A stretch of DNA of 64,000 nt from assembly GCF_000737315.1 (NCBI RefSeq), contig NZ_JMCB01000003.1, forward strand, positions 868,001 through 932,000, in the 5' to 3' direction. Shown piece by piece: positions 28,301 through 34,972 of the stretch (its first letter is position 1; every line of letters begins with the position of its first letter). Made by a program: the position numbers and the translations under genes. The notes under the pieces were generated by a model. The model ran no database searches. It had not been told where the DNA came from and worked only from the letters and a program-made list of their open reading frames with translations. The stretch comes from Hyalangium minutum. GTDB taxonomy: Bacteria; Myxococcota; Myxococcia; Myxococcales; Myxococcaceae.

Positions 28301-29823
28301 ACCTTGCCGGAGGCCAACAGCGTTGCCGTGTGAGCATCACGGGCCATGGTCATGGAGCCTGTGGTGCTCCACGTTCCTGTGGCTGGATCGTATAACTCCG
28401 AGGTGGCTAGAGAGCCGGCCACGCTAAATCCCCCAGTGACCAGCACCTTGCCGGAGGCCAACAGCGTCGCCCTGTGGGTGCTACGGGCTGTGCTCATGGA
28501 GCCCATGGGGCTCCAGGCCCCCATGGCCGGGTCATACACCTCCGTGCTGGCGATATTGCCACTGGGGCCAAAACCCCCGGTGACCAGCACCTTGCCGGAG
28601 GCCAACAGCGTCGCCTCGTGGTACTGGCGGCCCGCGATCAGAGAGCCCTTGGTGCTCCAGGTTCCCATGGCCGGGTCGTACACCTCCGCGCTGGAGAGAT
28701 ATCCGCTGAGACCATAGCCAGCCATGACCAACACCTTGCCGGAGGGCAGCAGCGTCGCCGTGTGGCGATAACGAGCCGTTCCCATGACGCCCGTCGTGCT
28801 CCAGGTACCCGTGGCCGGATCGTACACCTCCGCTCTGGAAAGCGGGCCCGCCTGGCCATAGCCGCCGGCAACCAGCACCTTGCCGGAGGCCAACACCTCT
28901 GCTGTGTGGGTTTCACGGGCTGTAGCCATAACGCCCGCAGTGGTCCACCCCCCTGTGGCCGGGTCGTACACCTCCGCGCTGGAGAGGAGGCCCCCAGGAC
29001 CATAGCCACCGGTCACCAAGACCTTGCCAGAGGCCAACACCACTGCTGTATGGGCTTTACGGGCCATCGCCATGACGCCTGCGGTGCGCCAAGTCCCCGT
29101 GGCTGGGTCGTACACCTCCGCGCCAGCGAGCGAGCCGTCTAGATCTTCGCCTCCGGTGACCAGCACCTTGCCGGAGGCCAACAGCGTCGCCGTGTGGGCG
29201 ACACGGACTGTGGCCATGGAGCCCGTGGAGTTCCAAGTCCCCGTGGCCGGGTCGTACAGCTCTGCGCTGGCAAGGGGACCCTCTGAGTCTTCGCCTCCGG
29301 TCACCAGCACTTGGCCGGAGGCCAACAGCGTCGCCGTGGGGGCCTCGCGGGCCATGGCCATGGAACCCGTGGAGCTCCAAATCCCCGTGGCCGGGTCGTA
29401 CACCTCCGCGCTGGCAAGGGAGCCATTGGGGCCGTACCCTCCGGTGACCAACACCTTGCCGGAGTGCAACAACGTTGCTGTGTGGGTCCTGCGAGCTGTG
29501 GCCATGGAACCCGTGGAGATCCAAGTCCCCATGGCCGGATCGTACAACTCCGCGCTGGCAAGAGAACCGCTTCGGGCACGCCCCCCGGTGACCAACACCT
29601 TGCCGGAAGACAATAACGTCGCCGTGTGAAAATCGCGGGCCGTAGCCAGAGTGCTCACGGCACGACTGCCCCCCGCGAGAGCCTGAAGGGCCTGGGTCTC
29701 GAGTCTTTGGGGATGCTGCTCTTGACCCTCACTCTCCACCTGGCCGCACGCCAAACACAGCAGTGCGGAACTGATGATCAGCCTGACGATCACTCTCAAC
29801 TTGATTCTGAGGGCGGATGGCAT
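25366..29823 (-). CDS. Large surface protein: 14 Kelch repeats, 8 bacterial Ig-like domains, MYXO-CTERM-like tail
   Basis: 48-aa repeats HTATLLASGKVLVTGG...YDPATGTW counted 14 times; Ig-like units ...ATDxAGNxS; N-terminal LCLAC lipobox; C-terminal YGWSCATAP..WALMALAWALRGRR. Confidence 0.88.
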   Translation of the reverse strand: MPSALRIKLRVIVRLIISSALLCLACGQVESEGQEQHPQRLETQALQALAGGSRAVSTLATARDFHTATLLSSGKVLVTGGRARSGSLASAELYDPAMGTWISTGSMATARRTHTATLLHSGKVLVTGGYGPNGSLASAEVYDPATGIWSSTGSMAMAREAPTATLLASGQVLVTGGEDSEGPLASAELYDPATGTWNSTGSMATVRVAHTATLLASGKVLVTGGEDLDGSLAGAEVYDPATGTWRTAGVMAMARKAHTAVVLASGKVLVTGGYGPGGLLSSAEVYDPATGGWTTAGVMATARETHTAEVLASGKVLVAGGYGQAGPLSRAEVYDPATGTWSTTGVMGTARYRHTATLLPSGKVLVMAGYGLSGYLSSAEVYDPAMGTWSTKGSLIAGRQYHEATLLASGKVLVTGGFGPSGNIASTEVYDPAMGAWSPMGSMSTARSTHRATLLASGKVLVTGGFSVAGSLATSELYDPATGTWSTTGSMTMARDAHTATLLASGKVLVTGGYGPSGYLATAELYDPDTGTWSTTGRMMTARDTHTATLLSSGKVLVIGGDSSRGVLTSMELYDPASGTWSSAGEMAKARMAHTATLLASGRVLVIGGHGTSGYLAHAELYDPDTGNRSTTNSLSLARADHTATLLASGKVLVIGGEGSSAYFDRMELYDPTTGNWSTTNPLSAARVYHTATLLDSGKVLVTGGFGSGGALSSMEVIDPTSPTVLTPINGSTLNNNRPFYSGTAELGSTVTVVVDGTARGTAGVNGSGEWNFTQPTVLTDGIHTVKAYATDSAGTISFESTPYAFTVDTQPPGAPQVLEPANGSTIKDNRPIYQGTVEAGSTVRVMVDGVAVGNRVANASGEWSCTQPAALADGVHTVKVQATDAGGNTSAESIAYTFIVDTVPPSSPVVLTPNNGSTINDNRPTYRGLAEARSTVTLWLGTTVLGTAGVNGSGIWNFTQPTVLSEGEHTVKAYATDSAGNTSAASMPYTFTVDTQPPGAPQVLEPANGSTIKDNRPIYQGTVEAGGTVKVMVDGVAVGTRVANASGEWNCTQPAVLADGVHTVKVQATDAGGNTSAESIAYTFIVDTVPPSSPVVLTPNNGSTINDNRPTYRGLAEARSTVTLWLGSTVLGTASTDEDGAWSFIPSTALSDGHLQTELTATDEVGNVSLSKTHLVTVDTVRPDAPEVSSPGELINTLKPTIAGTAEANSTVAVRMDGQEVWTIQADATGFWSVTLETPLIEGLHVAEVTATDKANNVSSTRVRTFTIDSLAPEAPEVTAPGALVNTRIPLIEGRAEVGSMVTVRLDETDAGIAMTDATGSWRFTPGAELFDGPHLVTAMATDAVGNISALSTAHPFTVDTQKPDAPEVGLPSSIVNTPKPTLGGTAEAKSTVNVWLDGLWVGTVPADEAGNWSVNVDTALAGGRHLVVATATDEASNTSQPSAEYAFIIPMSHYGWSCATAPVLPLSWALMALAWALRGRRQG
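26441..27556. repeat. 558-bp intragenic tandem duplication (two Ig-like domains)
   Basis: 26441-26850 is nearly identical to 26999-27408, and the 558-bp register continues with more mismatches. Confidence 0.9.
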
Positions 29824-30094
29824 GCCTGCCTCCTTACCTATTGCTTCTCTTCTCTCCCCAAGAGCGTTTGCAGCTCTTGAGAACAGCACGGGCTGGGAGT
29901 GCTACTGCACCCGGTGAAGCCCGAAAGGGTGAGCCCCAAAAGAGAAGCGTGGCGGAAGAGCGCCGCTGAACGGCGCGTACGCCAACAGGCAATGCAAGTA
30001 ACGGACCCAGGAGCGAATACTCCTGGGGGAGGCACCGGCGAGGGTTAGGAATGAGAGCAATGCCTGGCCCCGGAATGGCCCAGACTTACGTCAA

Positions 30095-30128
30095 CTGACG
30101 CGTCAACGCTTGCATCTGACGCGTCAAC
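30095..30128. promoter_or_regulatory. Two copies of CTGACGCGTCAAC (palindromic core TGACGCGTCA), 21 bp apart
   Basis: Seen at 30095-30107 and 30116-30128 in the intergenic region upstream of the Kelch gene. Confidence 0.55.
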
Positions 30129-30199
30129 ATGGGGAGACGGCCTGAGCGACAGTTCTCGCCCAGGCCATCCGCCTGCTCGTCTGCTCAGCAAGGAGCAGC

Positions 30200-30706
30200 T
30201 CACCGGCCGCCGAGGAAGTCCGCCTTGCCCACGTCCACACCGTTGTGACGCAGAATGGCGTAGGCCGTGGAGAGGTGGAAATAGAAGTTGGGCAGCGCGA
30301 AGTGGAGCAGATATTCCTGGCCCTTGAAGTGAAGCTCACCTGCCCTCGTCTTGAGGGTGACGGAGCGCTCCTCGCTGCCATCGATCTGCGCCGCAGTCAC
30401 TGTCTTCAGAAAGGCGAGGGTCTTCTCGATGCGCTCCTTCAGCTCGGGGAACGTGGACTCGGTGTCTGCGAAGCTGGGCGCCTCGATCCCCGACAGACGG
30501 GCCGCACATCCCTTTGCAGAATCGGTCGCGGTCTGAATTTGGAAGGAGAAGGGAAGCATGTCGGGCGCCAAGCGGTCCCGGATCAGCACCGCCGGATCAA
30601 TCTTCTTCGCCTCGGCATGCGCCGCAGCCTTGTCGAGGATCTTCGAGAGATTGCCCAGCATGCGGATGAAAACGGGGATCGACGCCTGGTACATGGACAG
30701 GGACAT
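30200..30706 (-). CDS. DUF1993 family protein
   Basis: RLAPDMLPFSFQIQ, YLLHFALPNFYFH and AYAILRHNGVDVGKADFLG. Confidence 0.9.
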   Translation of the reverse strand: MSLSMYQASIPVFIRMLGNLSKILDKAAAHAEAKKIDPAVLIRDRLAPDMLPFSFQIQTATDSAKGCAARLSGIEAPSFADTESTFPELKERIEKTLAFLKTVTAAQIDGSEERSVTLKTRAGELHFKGQEYLLHFALPNFYFHLSTAYAILRHNGVDVGKADFLGGR

Positions 30707-30748
30707 GGTGCTGGCTCCAAAAAATGGGGGGGAAAAGCGGGCCGGAAT

Positions 30749-30997
30749 CTAACGGGAGCGCCGCACGCGGACCACCTTACCGCGCCGATCATCCACCGCC
30801 AGCTCCACCCACCGGCCCCGAGGCATCCCAAAGCGCACCAGCCACACCATGACATCCCGAACGGGAGAGGGCTGCTCCGGCTCTCCCTCGCCCAGTTCGA
30901 TGTACTGCAGCTCGGCCGACTCCACCCGGGCGTCCGGGGGTACTTCCTTCTCCTCTCGGGCGCTCTCGGCGATGGCCACGGCCTGCTCCCGCATCAT
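30749..30997 (-). CDS. Small PepSY-like protein (82 aa)
   Basis: MMREQAVAIAE...VESAEL...VWLVRF...ELAVDDRRGKVV; start overlaps the upstream stop (ATGATGA). Confidence 0.7.
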   Translation of the reverse strand: MMREQAVAIAESAREEKEVPPDARVESAELQYIELGEGEPEQPSPVRDVMVWLVRFGMPRGRWVELAVDDRRGKVVRVRRSR

Positions 30998-31476
30998 CGC
31001 GCGCCCTCCTCCACGGGCAGGATGGAGATGACGGCGCGCCGCGCGGGGTTGATGCACACGCGCAGCCCGTCCGAGGGCTCCTTCCCTTCGAAGCGAAGCT
31101 CCAGGCTCCCCTTCTCTCCCTGGCGGGACTCCACCAGCGTCAGCCCGGGCCGCAGCAGCCCGCTCGTGCGAGCGATGGCCAGCGCCTCCGCGTCCGTCAG
31201 CGGCTCCCAGCGGCACTTCTCCCACTTGTCGTGGTCCACGTAGCCCACGACCCGATCGTCCGCGTCGAGCACCACCTCGAACTGGCCATACCGCCGCCAG
31301 AGCACCATCGAGCGATCCGCCACGTAGCGCAGCTCGATAGGATCCCACGTCAGCGCCGCATCGTCCGGTACGGGGATGGGCTCAGCGACGAAGTCCCCGT
31401 TCATGTGCTCCTGGGCGAACTTCAAGCAGTCTTCGATCGCCTTCTTCTGCAGCGTGTCGAGATCGAACAAGGCCAT
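30994..31476 (-). CDS. Hypothetical protein with PepSY-like C-terminal half; candidate immunity
   Basis: Starts 15 bp after the vgrG stop; LTDAEALAIA...LRVCINPARRAVISI. Confidence 0.7.
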   Translation of the reverse strand: MALFDLDTLQKKAIEDCLKFAQEHMNGDFVAEPIPVPDDAALTWDPIELRYVADRSMVLWRRYGQFEVVLDADDRVVGYVDHDKWEKCRWEPLTDAEALAIARTSGLLRPGLTLVESRQGEKGSLELRFEGKEPSDGLRVCINPARRAVISILPVEEGAR

Positions 31477-31491
31477 CTGGGCTTCCTGGGG

Positions 31492-34400
31492 CTACTTCAA
31501 CATCGAGACGACGCTGGTGACGAACCCGGCGATGGCCCGCCCCAGCGCAGTGAAGGGCTGGAGGAACGGATGATCGATGGACCCGCCGCCCTCGCCGAAC
31601 AGCACCGGGCGCATGCTGTGATAGTAGGGCGCGCCCGTGTCGTAGAAGACCGCTGGAATCTTCGCGGGGTTGAAGTGATACGAGTCCCTCCACTTCGTAT
31701 AGAAGTTGCGCGCCATGGCCCGCGCGTCGTTGTCGGGGATGTAGCAGCGGAAGGCCAGGTAGTTGCGAGTGCCCCGGTTGACGAAGGCATTGCCCAGGCT
31801 CCGCTCCCAGCCCGCCACGCACGTGTCCACGTAGACGAGGTAGCGCGGCACGCTCGGCACAGCGGTCTTGTTGCGGACGTCAGCCTCTCCGAAGGTGTTG
31901 CCGGGCTGGTTGCTTGACGCCACGGCAACGATGACACTGCGCCAGTTCCCACCAGGCTGCGAGTGCGGCGGGTTGTTGTTCTTCGGATCCTGCAGGCTGG
32001 CACCCGTACCCGGATCCTGCACGTCGCCGTGGCTGGCGTGGTGATAGCTGTAAGTGTTGCGCAGCAACGAACCCCAGTTCGCTACCGGCACCGTGGCCCC
32101 ACTGAGCGCAAGCGTCCCCGCCTTGTGGTGCGCCTTGGCGCGGATCAAACCGGCGATCTCGTTCATCTCCGCGCCCGTGGTGAGCCCACCGCCCGGGCCT
32201 GTATCCGCCACCGAGTCACTGACCACCATGTGCCAGTACTCGACCTGGAGCGTCTTCGCCTTGTCCTTGCCCAGATCATACGGGCTGGAGCCCGTGAGCC
32301 CCTTGTGGGACAGCTTCACGCGGAAGAAGAAGTGCGGGCAGTCGTAGGGATCCCACGGCAGGTGCTTGGCCTCGAAGGTCCACACCGGCGGCTGTCCCGT
32401 CTTCTTGTCCACCACCTTGTTGCCCTGCACCACCAGATCCGTAAGCGCCCCCACTCGCGCGCCCGTGAGGCAGTGGTGGATGGAGATGAGCGCCCGGGCA
32501 CCCGCCGGGACGTTCTCCGTCTCCACCTGCGCGACGATCTTTGCGTCCGCGGGCACAGCGCCGCCCGGGGGCGCACCGCTGTTGTGGTTGGGCACGGCCT
32601 TGTTCTTGTCCCAGGTGAGGCTCTTGAGGACTGGAACTGGATCCTTCTTGGGCGCCTTCGGGGCCTTGCCCTTCTTGCCTTTGAGGCTCTTCTGCGAGCC
32701 CGCGGAGATCCTCTTGACCTCCGAGCCCTTGAACTTCAGCTGGCTCCCGTCGACGGTGATGGAGCTGCCCGTCCACTGGATGTTGCCGGACTGCTCGACG
32801 GTCAGCACCACCTTGCCGCCTACCGACACGGTGAGCTTGTCCGCCTTGAGCTCGATCTCCTGGGCCATCCACGCGAACCCGCCCGTGATGGCGTGGAGCG
32901 TGTCCCCCTTCACTGTCTCGGTGAGGTCCTTGCCGATCTCCACCTTGAGCTCTTCTGGGATCGCCGTTTTGAACTCGCCGAAGATCTTCGAAGAGCGATC
33001 GCCGTCGACCTTCTCCTCGCGGTCCAGCTGGACCACCTCGATGAACGAGCCGCCCACCTGCTCGGCCTTCAGTCCGATCACGGCCTCGTTGAACCCCAAC
33101 CCCACCGCCACCGAGTACGCCCCGCCCACCGTCAGCGCCTTGGCCGCCGCCACGTTCTCCATGGAGGCCATGGCCACATCGAGCTTCAGCACCTGGGCCA
33201 CCGTGATGCTCTGCGCGTTGGCCACGTCCTCGTGGTGATCCCCCGAGATGTCCGTGGTGCGGTTGCCCATCACCGTGAGCGACTGGTTGCCCTGGATCTT
33301 CCGGACGTCCTCCTGCTGCACCGCCAGGATCTGGTTGCCCTGCACGCTCTGCGTCCGGTTCCCCGCGACCGTCAGATCCTCGAAACCTCCGATGCGCTGG
33401 GTCTTGTCGTTCTCGGCCTGGATCTCCCAGTCCTTCTGGCCGTGCAGGGCAATGAACTCCGTCCCCGCCGCGTCCTCGAAGCGCAGCTCGTTGAAGCCTC
33501 CACCGCCCGGGCTGGAGCTGGAGCGCAGCGTGCTCTTCGTCTTCTCGTCTGGCAGCGGCACCGGCGGCGGGTTCTCGCCGTTGTAGACCGAGCCCACCAC
33601 CAGCGGACGATCCGGATCGCCCTCCAGGAACCGGACGATGACCTCCTGCCCGATGCGCGGCAGGTACAGCGCGCCCCACCCGGCCCCCGCCCACGCCTGG
33701 CTCACGCGGATCCAGCATGAGCTCCGGTCGTCGCCCGGCGCCTCGCGGTCCCAGTGGAAGCGGACCTTGATGCGGCCGTGCTCGTCGGTGTGGATCTCCT
33801 CGCCCGAGGGCCCCACGACGATCGCCGTCTGCGCTCCGGCAATCACAGGCGCCGGGGTGAGCCGAGGCGGACGGAAAGGCACGGCCGCCGGGAGCGCATG
33901 GAACCGGCTCCGGTAGGCGTGGTGCCCGCCCGAGTGTTCCACCGCGACCAACAGGTAGTCCCCCTCGAAGGCGGCATCCGGATGCTCCGTCAGCGTGAAG
34001 GTGCAGCCAGGCACCATGCGCACACTCGAGCTCTCGCCCTCGCAGCGCTCGGCATCCTGCCGGTGCTCCTCCAGCCGCACCTTCGACAGGTTCTTTCCAG
34101 CGCCCGGATCCTCGTACTTGCCCGGATAGTCGTAGACCTCCAGCTCCGTGCCGACGTTGGACGCCTCCTTGTTCGCCGTCAGATCCAGCGACGGGCGCAC
34201 GAAGTCGAAGTCCCGCAGCACCACCGCGCCCGGCTGCACGCGGGCCACGCGCTCCAGGCCCAGCACGTGCTCCTCGCTGACCTCGGTGCCCAGAGCCCCT
34301 CGGAACGGCAGGCGCGCCTCCCCCGGAATGGGCGTGTGCGCGCCCGTGCCATCTCCGAGCATCAGCGTGTGCGCGTCCTCGGTGTGCTCGAAGAAGAAGA

Positions 34401-34914
34401 AGATGCCCTCGGACTCGAGCAGCCGGGACACGAAGTCGAAGTCCGACTCGCGGTACTGCACGCAGAAGTCCCGGGGCGCGTAGCTGCCATCCAGGCTCCC
34501 GCCGTGCGAGAGCCCTGCCTCTTCGAGCACTTGCTGGACGATCTCCGGCACGCTCTTCTGCTGGAAGATGCGGCTGCGGCGCACGTGGCGGAGCTTCCAG
34601 AACTCGGGGACGAGCAGCGCCCGGTAGCGCATGAGCCCCTGCCGCTCGCCCAGCGACTCCACCCGGCCGATGATCCCGTGGACGAAGCGCGAGGCCCCAT
34701 TCACCACATCATGCAAGGCCAGCACGCCCTTCTGCCCGAGCATCTCCCGAGGCTGGATGGCCGCCTGCCCCACGGCCGCCAGCTCCACGGTGAAGGAGAA
34801 CGCGCGCGACAGCTCCTCCCGCCCGGAGAAGCCGAGCACGGTGAGCTCCTCGGAGGTGTAGGGCCCCGCGCGGAACTCGAAGGCGATGCGGCGGGTCTCT
34901 TGTCCTGACGGCAC
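31492..34914 (-). CDS. vgrG: Evolved VgrG with a ~400-aa C-terminal extension (caspase/CHAT-like)
   Basis: VgrG core (CVQYRESDFDFVSRLLE, HTDEHGRIKVRFHWDR, LPRIGQEV) with beta-helix repeats; extension carries YHHASHG and LVYVDTCVAG. Confidence 0.93.
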   Translation of the reverse strand: MPSGQETRRIAFEFRAGPYTSEELTVLGFSGREELSRAFSFTVELAAVGQAAIQPREMLGQKGVLALHDVVNGASRFVHGIIGRVESLGERQGLMRYRALLVPEFWKLRHVRRSRIFQQKSVPEIVQQVLEEAGLSHGGSLDGSYAPRDFCVQYRESDFDFVSRLLESEGIFFFFEHTEDAHTLMLGDGTGAHTPIPGEARLPFRGALGTEVSEEHVLGLERVARVQPGAVVLRDFDFVRPSLDLTANKEASNVGTELEVYDYPGKYEDPGAGKNLSKVRLEEHRQDAERCEGESSSVRMVPGCTFTLTEHPDAAFEGDYLLVAVEHSGGHHAYRSRFHALPAAVPFRPPRLTPAPVIAGAQTAIVVGPSGEEIHTDEHGRIKVRFHWDREAPGDDRSSCWIRVSQAWAGAGWGALYLPRIGQEVIVRFLEGDPDRPLVVGSVYNGENPPPVPLPDEKTKSTLRSSSSPGGGGFNELRFEDAAGTEFIALHGQKDWEIQAENDKTQRIGGFEDLTVAGNRTQSVQGNQILAVQQEDVRKIQGNQSLTVMGNRTTDISGDHHEDVANAQSITVAQVLKLDVAMASMENVAAAKALTVGGAYSVAVGLGFNEAVIGLKAEQVGGSFIEVVQLDREEKVDGDRSSKIFGEFKTAIPEELKVEIGKDLTETVKGDTLHAITGGFAWMAQEIELKADKLTVSVGGKVVLTVEQSGNIQWTGSSITVDGSQLKFKGSEVKRISAGSQKSLKGKKGKAPKAPKKDPVPVLKSLTWDKNKAVPNHNSGAPPGGAVPADAKIVAQVETENVPAGARALISIHHCLTGARVGALTDLVVQGNKVVDKKTGQPPVWTFEAKHLPWDPYDCPHFFFRVKLSHKGLTGSSPYDLGKDKAKTLQVEYWHMVVSDSVADTGPGGGLTTGAEMNEIAGLIRAKAHHKAGTLALSGATVPVANWGSLLRNTYSYHHASHGDVQDPGTGASLQDPKNNNPPHSQPGGNWRSVIVAVASSNQPGNTFGEADVRNKTAVPSVPRYLVYVDTCVAGWERSLGNAFVNRGTRNYLAFRCYIPDNDARAMARNFYTKWRDSYHFNPAKIPAVFYDTGAPYYHSMRPVLFGEGGGSIDHPFLQPFTALGRAIAGFVTSVVSMLK

Positions 34915-34972
34915 AGCTTCTCCCAGGGCAGCGCGACGCAGGCAGAGACGCTAGCATGAAGCCCCGCCTCGG

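Noticed and set aside
27660-29660. Regular 144-bp periodic repeats that could suggest a CRISPR array
   Set aside because: They are degenerate in-frame Kelch coding repeats, not identical repeats with unique spacers, and no cas genes are present.
30056-30075. Possible sigma54 promoter (GG-N10-GC) on the minus strand
   Set aside because: Poor match outside the dinucleotides, and such matches are frequent by chance at this GC content.
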